Shown: positions 47,159 through 56,130 of the stretch, piece after piece
Layout: each line of letters begins with the position of its first letter
Numbering within the stretch: position 1 is the stretch's first letter
IMG/VR virus record: IMGVR_UViG_3300020165_000025
Span: 1-56,130 of that record
Source: a virus
Lineage: Duplodnaviria > Caudoviricetes
DNA length: 56,130 nucleotides
Direction: 5' to 3' (one strand)
The notes under the pieces: model-generated
What the model saw: only the letters and a program-made list of their open reading frames with translations
Told to the model about the DNA's origin: nothing
Databases searched by the model: none
Translations under genes and position numbers: made by a program

Positions 47159-48319
47159 ATGAGTACAGCATTTGCACTAGCACCACTTTACAAAATGGAC
47201 AGCAAGGGTAAGATTCGCGTGTTAAACGTGTATCATGGCAGCGACGAGCGTGGATGGTTCTACGAGCAGGAACACGGCCTGTATGGTGGCAAGCTACAGC
47301 ACAGTCGCACCTATGTAGAAGGCAAGAACGCAGGACGAGCAAACGCTACGACCGACGAGCAGCAGGCAGAGAAAGAGGCAGAGGCTAAGTGGAAGCAGAA
47401 GCGTGACCGTAGTGGTTACTCTGAAACAATCCCTACAGACAAGCCTATGATGCCCATGCTCGCACAGTCGCACGACAAACATAGCCACAAGATAGCTTAC
47501 CCTGCGTACATCCAGCCCAAGCTAGACGGTATTCGTTGCTTCATTCATGTAGATGGCGAGAACGTCAAGCTAGTAAGTCGTACCGGCAAAGAGTTTACAT
47601 CTCTTGGTCACATTGCCGATGCGATCAGCGAGTTGGTGTCTGTGATGGGCAAGGACACAAGCGGGTTTTCACCATCTGCTAGATCATTTATTCTTGATGG
47701 AGAGTTATACAACCATCAGTTTAAAGAGGACTTTCAAGGTCTTGTGTCAGCGATCAAACGTGACAAGCCAAGTGAGAACACTCATCTAGTACAGTTTCAC
47801 TGTTATGATTATGTAGCAGAGGATAGAGACTTTGAGGATCGTATTCACGAACTCTATCACATGGATCAGTGGTGGCAAGAGGGAGACTGTATTCATATCG
47901 TACCAACTTTTCCTGTCGATAACTTAGATGAAGTAGTCGAGCAGAACTCTTTGTGGCTAGAAGATGGTTATGAGGGCAGCATGATCCGTAACGCCAAGGG
48001 TGGATACCAACCCAATCGTCGATCTCCTGACTTACAGAAGTACAAGTCTTTTCTTGACGCAGAGTTCGAGATCGTGGGAGCGTATGAGAATAAGGGCAAG
48101 ATGGAGGGTCAGTGTACCTTCACTTGTGTGACAGAGGATGGTACAGAGTTTGGTGTCAAGCCAATGGGTGATGAGTCTCAACGTGAGCAATACTGGATTG
48201 ACTTTCAAGCAGGAAAACTTACTGGTAAAATGTTAACAGTAAAATTCTTTGAGTGGACGACCAGTGAAAACCCTGTGCCAAGGTTCCCCGTTGGAGTTTG
48301 TGTTAGAGATTACGAATAA
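47159..48319 (+). CDS. lig: ATP-dependent DNA ligase
   Basis: PMLA, QPKLDGIR, LDGELY, EGSMIR, K.K and PRFP motifs. Confidence 0.92.
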   Translation: MSTAFALAPLYKMDSKGKIRVLNVYHGSDERGWFYEQEHGLYGGKLQHSRTYVEGKNAGRANATTDEQQAEKEAEAKWKQKRDRSGYSETIPTDKPMMPMLAQSHDKHSHKIAYPAYIQPKLDGIRCFIHVDGENVKLVSRTGKEFTSLGHIADAISELVSVMGKDTSGFSPSARSFILDGELYNHQFKEDFQGLVSAIKRDKPSENTHLVQFHCYDYVAEDRDFEDRIHELYHMDQWWQEGDCIHIVPTFPVDNLDEVVEQNSLWLEDGYEGSMIRNAKGGYQPNRRSPDLQKYKSFLDAEFEIVGAYENKGKMEGQCTFTCVTEDGTEFGVKPMGDESQREQYWIDFQAGKLTGKMLTVKFFEWTTSENPVPRFPVGVCVRDYE

Positions 48320-48365
48320 TTCGGTTGCAAAACCGATGACTGTAGACTATAATAGTTTACGCCGT

Positions 48366-48439
48366 GGACTGGTAGCTCAGTTGGTTAGAGCAGGGAACTC
48401 ATAATTCCTTGGTCGGGGGTTCGAGTCCCTCCCAGTCTA
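48366..48439 (+). tRNA. tRNA with CAT anticodon (Ile2-like, or elongator Met)
   Basis: Full cloverleaf; CT-CAT-AA loop; no initiator GGG/CCC anticodon stem. Confidence 0.9.
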
Positions 48440-48444
48440 CTTAC

Positions 48445-48518
<74 letters not shown>

Positions 48519-48544
48519 CTTGTGGTAATGGTAGCACAGTGCCA

Positions 48545-48835
48545 CGTTCTTGTAAAAATTTGTATAAAAAAGTTAGCGGGTGAAGTTATCTTTCTTACCC
48601 TTAACAAGAAGATAGGTTGCAGCGGAGTGAACGACCACTCCAAGGTATCGAAATAAAATTATAAATCTAGGCTATGATCTACCACTGTCAACCTAGTCCT
48701 GTGAAGAAGCACAGAAATTTAGCATTGAGAATATACTAGCCTGTAAGATACTGCCTATCAAAGCTACTTAATTACTTGGTGAAGTCTTTACTTCTTCTTC
48801 ACAGGTATAATGTGGTGTCGGTACGCAATTATCTA
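48545..48835 (+). ncRNA. Large structured ncRNA, copy B
   Basis: Directly downstream of the tRNA pair; paralogue of 24165-24445 with covarying helices. Confidence 0.75.
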
Positions 48836-48917
48836 AAATTTTCTAAAGTACCACTTGACAAATGACGATGTATAGACTATAATAGGGTAGTCAATCACAA
48901 TTAACCGAGGATTTCAA

Positions 48918-50066
48918 ATGTATAACTTATGCTGCATCAGTAACGAACTCAAAGAGCAAGGCTACAGCTTTCAAACCATGACGTGGAAGCGATTCAATCA
49001 GTTAATAGAATCAGAAGGTGAGGCTTCTGCGTTGACCGAGCTAGGCGAGCGTTGGCTCAACAATGTTCGCGTCACGTTCATGTCTATCCAACACTGTTAC
49101 CAGAATGGCTGGGGTTATCGTGTTTCTTCATCTTTATTTCCCTGCTTGACTCATCCAGAGTTTGTATATGGCATTTCAGATGTTCCGCAATATCGTGAGA
49201 TCATAGAAGAAATGAAAGCTATTGCAGAATACAACGAGGACTGGCAGGTGCGTCTGTCTACTCATCCTGACCAGTTCAACGTACTTGCGTCAGAGAACCA
49301 GTCAGCAGTAGAAAAGACCATTACAGAACTTAATCATCACGGTTGGGTTATGGATATGCTAGGTTGCGAGCGTAGTTACTACAATCCCATCAATATCCAT
49401 GTTAATTGCACCAAGGGTGAGCTTGTAGATATTGCCTGTCGGTTTATGTCCAATCTAAACAAGTGCGATCAAAGTGTGCAGTCTCGCCTTGTTGTAGAGA
49501 ACGAGGACAAAGGTTGCTGGACTGTTGCTAACTTGCTAGAACATTTTAATATTCCAATTACTTACGACAACTTGCACGACAAGTGTAATCCGTCAACTGC
49601 TGCTACACACGTTTCCAACATGGCGGCATGTGCGGCTACATGGGGAAGCGTCAAGCCTTTGTTTCATTACAGCGAGTCATGTCCAGATGCGACCAATCCA
49701 CGCAAACACGCACAGATGCCCACAGATTTTCCTACCACTGACAGATATGATTGGGACATAGAACTTAAATCCAAGGACAAAGCGATTCGTGGGCTTTCAA
49801 TGACAGTCCAATCCCTACAGGAAGCGTGGTACAAGCAGAGTATCGAACTTGTGCGACAGTCAGAGGAAATGGGTCTTTATGACACTCAAATGAACATTGC
49901 TAATAAAGTAATGGAAGAAGATAAAAAAGTTCTTGAGATGTTGAGAAACGGTCGCGTCGCTGGCAAGCAGTGGATCGCGACCTCCGGCGAATTTGTTATC
50001 AAGAAAAGTGAGGAAGGAACTGCAAGAATTGCCGACCCACGATACCGAGAAGATAGGTCTTACTAA
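48918..50066 (+). CDS. uvsE: UV damage endonuclease
   Basis: YRVSS.LFP, RLSTHPDQFNVLAS, NIHV, RLVVENED, D..H, HYSE, H and ELKSKDKA motifs. Confidence 0.92.
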   Translation: MYNLCCISNELKEQGYSFQTMTWKRFNQLIESEGEASALTELGERWLNNVRVTFMSIQHCYQNGWGYRVSSSLFPCLTHPEFVYGISDVPQYREIIEEMKAIAEYNEDWQVRLSTHPDQFNVLASENQSAVEKTITELNHHGWVMDMLGCERSYYNPINIHVNCTKGELVDIACRFMSNLNKCDQSVQSRLVVENEDKGCWTVANLLEHFNIPITYDNLHDKCNPSTAATHVSNMAACAATWGSVKPLFHYSESCPDATNPRKHAQMPTDFPTTDRYDWDIELKSKDKAIRGLSMTVQSLQEAWYKQSIELVRQSEEMGLYDTQMNIANKVMEEDKKVLEMLRNGRVAGKQWIATSGEFVIKKSEEGTARIADPRYREDRSY

Positions 50067-50121
50067 TTACCGCCAGATATTTATAAGTGGAGGGGTTTTG
50101 TACCCTGAAAGGAATTGACAA

Positions 50122-50262
50122 ATGAGTAAAGAATTAGAACAATCAGAAAAAATCTTTGAGGCCATTAAGATTCTGATGGAATTTGGCGAGAAGGATTTAG
50201 CGTTTCAGTTACGGGTTGCTCACGACACCCATCTGCGGTTAAATTGGAAAGAAAGAACATAA
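50122..50262 (+). CDS. 46-aa hypothetical protein
   Basis: AAAGGA RBS. Confidence 0.5.
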   Translation: MSKELEQSEKIFEAIKILMEFGEKDLAFQLRVAHDTHLRLNWKERT

Positions 50263-50266
50263 GGAA

Positions 50267-50467
50267 TTGAAAATGAAGCAAATTAAAAAAGACATTAAAA
50301 AAGCAGAAGAGAATATTAACACAATCTTAGTAGGACTGGCTGAGAAATACGAAGATGTTAATTTTGATTTGGATTACGAATCAATTTCTGTCAAGCAGAG
50401 TTTCGGATTTTCTGCTGGAACAACAACAAAAATAGGCAATGCTAAGATAACAGCCTCTATTAAGTAG
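50267..50467 (+). CDS. Hypothetical protein
   Basis: AAGGA RBS. Confidence 0.6.
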   Translation: MKMKQIKKDIKKAEENINTILVGLAEKYEDVNFDLDYESISVKQSFGFSAGTTTKIGNAKITASIK

Positions 50468-50477
50468 GAGTTGAAAA

Positions 50478-50810
50478 ATGAGTGAAATAGATCAACATTG
50501 GCTAACAGCTTTCCTGTTTTCCGCATTGGCGACTTTATCGCTTATGTGGTGGCGTGATTCTCACGACACGAAGGAGGCAATTGATTGGCTTGAGGATGAG
50601 AATAATCGACTATCAGAGGAGCATAATGATTTAGTAGATATGTGCAAAAACCTTTTGAATATTATTGATACCTGTGAAGGTAGTACCAGTGCTTGGAGAG
50701 GCCGCGACCCTACGATTCTTGAACTCGCAGAAATTCTAAAAGATATTGATGAGTGTGTAAATCCGAACTGTCAAAGCGGTACGCAGATAAAGGAGTTGAA
50801 AAATGAATGA
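50478..50810 (+). CDS. Hypothetical protein, N-terminal TM plus coiled coil
   Basis: AGGAG RBS. Confidence 0.65.
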   Translation: MSEIDQHWLTAFLFSALATLSLMWWRDSHDTKEAIDWLEDENNRLSEEHNDLVDMCKNLLNIIDTCEGSTSAWRGRDPTILELAEILKDIDECVNPNCQSGTQIKELKNE

Positions 50811-51174
50811 ACGAACAGCTAAAAAGTTAATGTCGAATATAAAATTTGGGCAGACCAGAAATGCGGCAAGAAAAAGTCTAGGTCAGGGGTTAAGGGTTCA
50901 ACCTATAGAGGTGACTACTAAAGACCTCATTGGGAAGTTTCACGATCAAAACGGAAAGTGTTATTGGTCTGGAATTAGTTTAGATGAAAACTTTAACTAC
51001 ATAAAGCGACACCCATTGGCAATATCAGTAGACAGGCTTGACAACAGTATTGGCTACATTTACGACAACCTAGCACTAACTCTTAGAGTTTTTAATTTAG
51101 GAAGAGGGTCGTTCACAGGAGATTTTACAGACGTAATGAAAACTATTCGTAAAAATATTAAAGATACCAATTGA
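50803..51174 (+). CDS. His-Me finger (HNH-like) nuclease
   Basis: Q.GKCY.SG, S.DR.D...GY...N motifs. Confidence 0.7.
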   Translation: MNERTAKKLMSNIKFGQTRNAARKSLGQGLRVQPIEVTTKDLIGKFHDQNGKCYWSGISLDENFNYIKRHPLAISVDRLDNSIGYIYDNLALTLRVFNLGRGSFTGDFTDVMKTIRKNIKDTN

Positions 51175-51223
51175 CAAACGCCGATACGTATTGTATAATA
51201 GGGTAAACCAAACGGAGACAAGC

Positions 51224-51880
51224 ATGAAATTAAAAGTTAGAGTAGAACAAGATGAATTCACAGCAAGAGTCGCACAGGCTTTTGATCTGGATTTTGATGG
51301 ACTTATCGAAACAGAGATTCCTGATTTTAAGTTTCCACCATACAATTCTTACAACATAGGATTGGTTGTGGGATCAAGTGGCAGCGGTAAAAGTACCCTT
51401 TTGAAAAAGGGTTTGTGGTGGGATAGTCCAGAAATGAAAGCTGCGTCTGCCAGCGAAGATGGTATATTTAACTGGGAACACAACAAAGCGATTGTATCTC
51501 ATTTTGATAGTCCAGATGAGGCCATTGAAAAGCTACATGCTTGCGGTCTTGCGTCAGTACCTACGCTATGCAAGCCGTTCCATGTATTGAGTAATGGCGA
51601 AAAGTATCGTGCGGAATTTGCTAGGATGCTAGAGGATGATTTGGTTATGGACGAATTTACGAGCGAAGTAAATCGCGAAACAGCAAAGAGCCTCTGCGTA
51701 AGTGCCAGTAAATATATCCGTAAGAAAGACCTAAAGAATATTGTGCTTGCATCTTGCCATAAAGATATAATTCCTTGGCTACAACCTGACTGGGTATTCG
51801 ACTGCGATACAGGTCAAAAGTTCGAGAACGACAACGTAAAAGAGAATCTCAACCGAGTTGCTAAGATAACGATAGGATAA
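51224..51880 (+). CDS. ABC-type ATPase
   Basis: GSSGSGKST, LSNGEKYR, MDEF, SCH. Confidence 0.85.
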   Translation: MKLKVRVEQDEFTARVAQAFDLDFDGLIETEIPDFKFPPYNSYNIGLVVGSSGSGKSTLLKKGLWWDSPEMKAASASEDGIFNWEHNKAIVSHFDSPDEAIEKLHACGLASVPTLCKPFHVLSNGEKYRAEFARMLEDDLVMDEFTSEVNRETAKSLCVSASKYIRKKDLKNIVLASCHKDIIPWLQPDWVFDCDTGQKFENDNVKENLNRVAKITIG

Positions 51881-51883
51881 GTT

Positions 51884-52396
51884 ATGTTTGACAAACCACA
51901 GTTAGAATTAGATGTTTACGAGATACCCAAGGACTTAAAAAGTAAGTATTGGGAGATATTCAAGAAGCATCATTACCTTGACGGTGCTATCAACAAAGGT
52001 GCTAGGTGTTGGGTTGCATACCTCTGGGGCAATCCTGTGGCCTTTAATTCTGTCTTAGCTATGCCAAGCGGATCGCTGAAGCGAGCGTGGCGAGAGCATC
52101 GTTTGGTTGTTTTGTCGGACTATCAGGGGATGGGCATAGGAAGTGCCATGAGCGAGTGTGTTGGAGAGATTTTACTGTCAGAGAACAAGAGATTCTTTTC
52201 CAAGACTGCAAACATAAAGCTAGGTTCTTACAGAAATAGTAGACCACAATGGCGACCAACCAGCAAGAATGGAATCGCAAGAAAAGACCATATAAAAAGC
52301 ACCAGAGAAAATTACAACAATATGGTTAATAAAAAATTGTCTTTACGGGTATGCTACTCCCATGAGTATTTGGGATGCCAAGAAAATATTATTTAA
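51884..52396 (+). CDS. GNAT (Mom-like) acetyltransferase
   Basis: F..HHYL and RLVVL.DYQG.GIG acetyl-CoA motif. Confidence 0.8.
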   Translation: MFDKPQLELDVYEIPKDLKSKYWEIFKKHHYLDGAINKGARCWVAYLWGNPVAFNSVLAMPSGSLKRAWREHRLVVLSDYQGMGIGSAMSECVGEILLSENKRFFSKTANIKLGSYRNSRPQWRPTSKNGIARKDHIKSTRENYNNMVNKKLSLRVCYSHEYLGCQENII

Positions 52397-52452
52397 AATT
52401 TGATTGGTAATTCAATTAAAACCGACTATAATAAGGAGTTAGAAGATCACAA

Positions 52453-52668
52453 ATGAAATACAGAGGTCAGTCAGACAGTAAGTTTATGGTAACACAAAGG
52501 TTGTTACAGAAAAAACTGCTTCAATCAAAAGAGTCTATAGAAAATGAAGCAGAGAAATTTGCCTTAGAGATTAAGCTCAAGAGGGCGAAAAGACAAAATA
52601 AAAAACAAGAAGGTTTCTTCGCTACAATACAAGAGAAGTTCTCTAAATTTATCTCAAGGATTTGGTAA
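52453..52668 (+). CDS. Hypothetical basic protein
   Basis: Own TATAAT; AAGGAG upstream. Confidence 0.6.
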   Translation: MKYRGQSDSKFMVTQRLLQKKLLQSKESIENEAEKFALEIKLKRAKRQNKKQEGFFATIQEKFSKFISRIW

Positions 52669-52669
52669 T

Positions 52670-53179
52670 ATGATTGAAGTAAAAGTCACAAAAGAAATGC
52701 TCAAGAAAGCTGGTGAAAAGGCTAAAGAAATGGGTACTATCAACAACTCTATAGTTCGCGGAGATGGGAATATCGCAGGCTTTTTGGGAGAAGAAGTTGC
52801 AAACAACATTTTGAGTGGACAAATCCTTAACACGTTTGATTATGATATATTGACTGGTGATCTATGCGGAAATAGTCAACAGATTACTTGGGACGTTAAG
52901 ACCAAGAGATGCAAAAGCCCTCCGAGAGATTATTATGAATGTTCCGTTGCAGACATACAAAACCAAAAGTGTGACCGCTACGTATTCGTAAGGGTACAAA
53001 CCCCGATTGTCGATCAAGGCAAAGCGTGGGTGCTTGGATGGCTACCCCGCGAAGAATACTTTAAAAAGGCTAGGAAGATGACCAAAGGCGAAACTGATAC
53101 ATCCAACGGGTTTGTTGTCAAAGCAGACTGTCACAATGTTGCAATAAAAGATTTAAATAAATTTGAAAGTAGAAAATGA
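52670..53179 (+). CDS. PD-(D/E)XK nuclease-like protein
   Basis: G.LGE, DYD, DVKT, D.YVF and W.LGW motifs. Confidence 0.7.
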   Translation: MIEVKVTKEMLKKAGEKAKEMGTINNSIVRGDGNIAGFLGEEVANNILSGQILNTFDYDILTGDLCGNSQQITWDVKTKRCKSPPRDYYECSVADIQNQKCDRYVFVRVQTPIVDQGKAWVLGWLPREEYFKKARKMTKGETDTSNGFVVKADCHNVAIKDLNKFESRK

Positions 53180-53952
53180 AAAACAAAGTAGAACTAATTG
53201 GATTTTATGGTGACGACGAGACTATTGCCTGTTCAGCTTGGACATCAACATCACGAAAACTTACGGACGAAAAAAAGGCTAGGGTCAGCAAACTTATCAA
53301 TATGTTATGGAGCGAAGGTCATGAGACTCCCTTTGAAAAAGGTGTTATTCATTTTATTGTTGACACTGATATTGCATCCCATATCCATCTTCTTAAGCAC
53401 CGTATTAGTAGTCTTAATGCTGAGTCTGCTAGATACAAGGAATTGAAGGAAGATAAATACTTCCTGCCGGAAGATTGGGGTGATGTAAAATCATCAAGAT
53501 ATATTGCTTGGCTAGATGATTTTTCTTTTGGTGTGAATGGAGAAAAATGGACTGACATTTTAGAGAATTATACCAATTTAGGTAACAATCTTTACCACCA
53601 ATGTATCGCAGACCTAGAACCAGTATTGGGACGCAAACGAGCAAAAGAGTCAGCAAGGTTTTTCAAAACATACAACAGTCAGATTCAGGCAGATGTAATG
53701 TTCAATATGCGTAGCTTTGCTAACTTTGTGCAACTAAGAAATAGTAAACACGCACAGCTAGAGATCAGAGACATTGCAGCAGAGATGCTGAGAATCGTTA
53801 CAGATATTGCTGGAGAACCTTTCAAAGCTACACTAAAGGCTTTTGAGGAACGACGAGAGTTGGATGAAGTGGTGAAAGAATTATTGAAATCAAACGGTGG
53901 CGATGTTAAAAAGACATCCCACGACATTCTTGAATTGATGCTACCTTTCTAG
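53176..53952 (+). CDS. thyX: FAD-dependent thymidylate synthase
   Basis: GHETPFE, KHR...N.ESARY, ARFF, N.RS..NF..LR..KHAQ.EIR. Confidence 0.93.
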   Translation: MKNKVELIGFYGDDETIACSAWTSTSRKLTDEKKARVSKLINMLWSEGHETPFEKGVIHFIVDTDIASHIHLLKHRISSLNAESARYKELKEDKYFLPEDWGDVKSSRYIAWLDDFSFGVNGEKWTDILENYTNLGNNLYHQCIADLEPVLGRKRAKESARFFKTYNSQIQADVMFNMRSFANFVQLRNSKHAQLEIRDIAAEMLRIVTDIAGEPFKATLKAFEERRELDEVVKELLKSNGGDVKKTSHDILELMLPF

Positions 53953-54112
53953 GAGAGACAGTGGACATTAAACAACAAAAAGAATATGTAGAAATACTTA
54001 GAAAAATGTACGAAAAAGTTTTGCGACTTTGTGGAGAAGGCAGTAGGCAAGAAAAATCTTTTTTAGATATACTTGTAAAAGAAACTGAAATTTTAGACGA
54101 AATGGAGTCACA

Positions 54113-54568
54113 ATGAAAAGTTTTTATAGAATAGCTATTGCCTTTGTTGTCTTGACTTTGTTCCTCCGTGGCGTGCTGTTTATAACCCACACCGCTTCGA
54201 CCGTCTTTACTAACCCTACAGAAAAAGAAGCGAATGAAATTGTTGCCACGCAAAGATACGGCACAGAAACTTATTGGCAAGATATAATCCAAGAAGAGAT
54301 CGGTGGAGAAAAAGAATACCGATTAGATGATGGTACGCGAGTCGATTTGCTTTTCGAGGACAAAGCCTGTGAGATTGATTGGGCAAATAAATGGGCTGAA
54401 GGAATCGGTCAGTCGATTTATTACGGCCTTAAAACGGAACGCCCACCGTTAGTGATTCTTCTTGCAAAGAAAGATGGCTGGGAAAAGTACCGTGACCGAG
54501 TTGAGTATTGCGACATTGAATGTTGGGTGTATGACACAAGAATCGAGGGTTGGGTTGACCATGAATAA
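54113..54568 (+). CDS. Restriction-endonuclease-fold protein with N-terminal TM/signal
   Basis: EY.L.DGTRVD.L....A.E.DWA.KWAE.IGQ..YY. Confidence 0.7.
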   Translation: MKSFYRIAIAFVVLTLFLRGVLFITHTASTVFTNPTEKEANEIVATQRYGTETYWQDIIQEEIGGEKEYRLDDGTRVDLLFEDKACEIDWANKWAEGIGQSIYYGLKTERPPLVILLAKKDGWEKYRDRVEYCDIECWVYDTRIEGWVDHE

Positions 54569-54830
54569 AAAAATTGTTGACGATATAATTATGTGGTTCT
54601 CTGCAATATCGCGAGAAGTGCTGTGGGTGACCTCGTTCGCTGTGGCTGTAGTTATGATTGTCGGTGTAATCAACTCATCGAGAGCTTCAAGTCCAAAACA
54701 AAAAGATTATATTTTGCACAGCATAACATCAGATGGAACGGCTTTTTATCTCCACATGGATGAAGAAGAGTACCAACAATGGGCATCAGAAAATCATATT
54801 AAAATTAAAAAACTACAACTGGAGAAATAA
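54561..54830 (+). CDS. Hypothetical membrane protein
   Basis: TM segment; overlap-coupled. Confidence 0.6.
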   Translation: MNKKIVDDIIMWFSAISREVLWVTSFAVAVVMIVGVINSSRASSPKQKDYILHSITSDGTAFYLHMDEEEYQQWASENHIKIKKLQLEK

Positions 54831-55289
54831 ATGAAAGTCTATGTTGTTATCTCAATAGAGCAAGAGAAAAATTTTAAGGTTTCGAGCATAGAGCCTCTAG
54901 GTGTCTACTCTGACTTTGAAACTGCTATGGAATACGTTGACAAACTGCAAGGTGCTAGAGACGCAATTTATCCAACAACCTCCAAAGAAAATAAAGAAGT
55001 GGTTTTTGATGTTTTTGAGTTCGAAGTAGACAAAGAGCCAATTTTACTTTCTTACTTGAAGTCACAGGAAAACCTCGTAAACGCGATGTTAGACAAGACT
55101 ATAGAGAACTTAATGAAAGACGGACTGATAGAACAACTTATTGGGGAAGATGGACGTTTTTACTACGAGCTTACGAAAAAAGGGAAAGGTAAGGCTAAGA
55201 AATTGAAAGACTTACTTTCAAAAAATCCTCGGTGGAATGAAGATTCTTTCCGAGATTTTATTGACGACGAGGACTATGATGAGTATTAA
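54831..55289 (+). CDS. Hypothetical protein with C-terminal winged-helix-like motif
   Basis: L.KDGLIE.....G..YY.LT.KG. Confidence 0.7.
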   Translation: MKVYVVISIEQEKNFKVSSIEPLGVYSDFETAMEYVDKLQGARDAIYPTTSKENKEVVFDVFEFEVDKEPILLSYLKSQENLVNAMLDKTIENLMKDGLIEQLIGEDGRFYYELTKKGKGKAKKLKDLLSKNPRWNEDSFRDFIDDEDYDEY

Positions 55290-55479
55290 TTGTGCTGAAT
55301 GTGGAAAAACGTGTGACCGCTTGCTTGAGTACAGATGTAGAATATGTGAGGAAGTTTACTGTGAAGAATGTTCGCTAAAACATTTCGGCTTAAAAGAATG
55401 TAAAGGCAGAGTGTATCAAAAAAATATAATTAAAAGTTTATTCTGGATGCTACACAAAAAGTTTTTCAGAAAAGATTAG
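55276..55479 (+). CDS. Small Zn-finger protein
   Basis: CAEC, CRIC, CEEC...H. Confidence 0.65.
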   Translation: MMSINCAECGKTCDRLLEYRCRICEEVYCEECSLKHFGLKECKGRVYQKNIIKSLFWMLHKKFFRKD

Positions 55480-55482
55480 TTA

Positions 55483-55553
55483 GCCACTATAGTTAAACGG
55501 TATAACTGCTGATTTCCAATCAGCTATTCGGGGTTCGATTCCTCGTAGTGGCT
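55483..55553 (+). tRNA. tRNA-Gly(TCC)
   Basis: Full cloverleaf; GCTGA-TT-TCC-AA-TCAGC; U73. Confidence 0.92.
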
Positions 55554-55556
55554 CTT

Positions 55557-55630
55557 GGCTCTGTAGCATAATTGGTTAATGCACTGGACTGTCGATCCAG
55601 CGATTGCCGGTTCGAGTCCGGTCAGAGTCG
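55557..55630 (+). tRNA. tRNA-Asp(GTC)
   Basis: Full cloverleaf; CTGGA-CT-GTC-GA-TCCAG; G73. Confidence 0.92.
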
Positions 55631-55639
55631 CTCCCTTCG

Positions 55640-56062
55640 GGGATGGAGTACGGCAAGTGCTATGATTGTAGACGTTGTTATGGGAGATTATTAGGGACGG
55701 GAGGGGCAGTTCCTCCCCGCCTCCACCAGAAGCACACCACAGTGTGTAAACCGAAAGACTGATTTCGTGGGCGTTTCGGGGTATCGGACTATGAACCGAG
55801 TTAGCCATGCACGTATTGCCTAATCTTAGGAAACGTGAGAGTCTAATAGCTGGTAAAAATCCAGAAAGTCGCAGCGAGATATTATGGTGTGTTTCTGACG
55901 GGGGCGAAATAGATTCGACCTGTAATAAGAAGTAACAATTGCAATCCGTAGTTGACAGAAGGGCTACGTTAAAAATCTGTTAAATGTTAATTGCAGAACC
56001 TAGTTTCGCAATGGCAGCGTAAGCTGTCCGAGGTTCCTATACCTTGTCACCCAACATAGGCA
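55640..56062 (+). ncRNA. ssrA: Circularly permuted (two-piece) tmRNA, tag (A)AEPSFAMAA; outer ends approximate
   Basis: Acceptor end CGCCTCCACCA (55718-55728) lies upstream of the 5' end GGGGGCGAAATAGATTCGAC (55900); G3.U pair; tag ORF 55993-56022. Confidence 0.88.
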
Positions 56063-56130
56063 GTTTTTATGCCCAACCGTTTTCTGTAAAAAAACGGGGA
56101 TTTTAGTGTACTACCTAATTCTATCGAATC

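Noticed and set aside
55524-55808. 94-aa minus-strand ORF (likewise 48437-48643, 33936-34205, 34114-34368)
   Set aside because: Antisense to tRNA, tmRNA or ncRNA genes.
55729-55899. RNase P RNA inside the tmRNA intervening segment
   Set aside because: GAAAGTC is present, but the P4 partner and other conserved regions were not found.

Overview
Part of a large tailed dsDNA phage genome. The host may be a planctomycete, which is only an inference from a few protein motifs. The window has three zones. (1) 1-24023, minus strand: late and morphogenesis genes (tail-fibre-like proteins, capsid, decoration, protease/scaffold, portal, terminase, ClpP, ERCC4 and HNH nucleases, gmd, two glycosyltransferases, a sigma-like factor) with GTGTATAAT promoters. 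(2) About 24600-39900, plus strand: an early, host-takeover-like region of tiny genes and strong sigma70 promoters. It is punctuated every 0.7-1.8 kb by a 33-bp palindrome, usually paired at a 52-53 bp period, and carries several other operator-like repeats and many promoter-driven structured RNAs. (3) 39900-56130, plus strand: rIIA/rIIB, DNA ligase, UvsE, ABC-ATPase+GNAT, ThyX, four tRNAs and a circularly permuted tmRNA (a fifth tRNA, Asn, lies in zone 2). Best novelty candidates: a ~280-nt double-pseudoknot ncRNA present as two covarying paralogues (24165-24445, 48545-48835), the palindrome-punctuated early array, and its small-RNA battery. All pairings and family calls were made by eye, with no database search.
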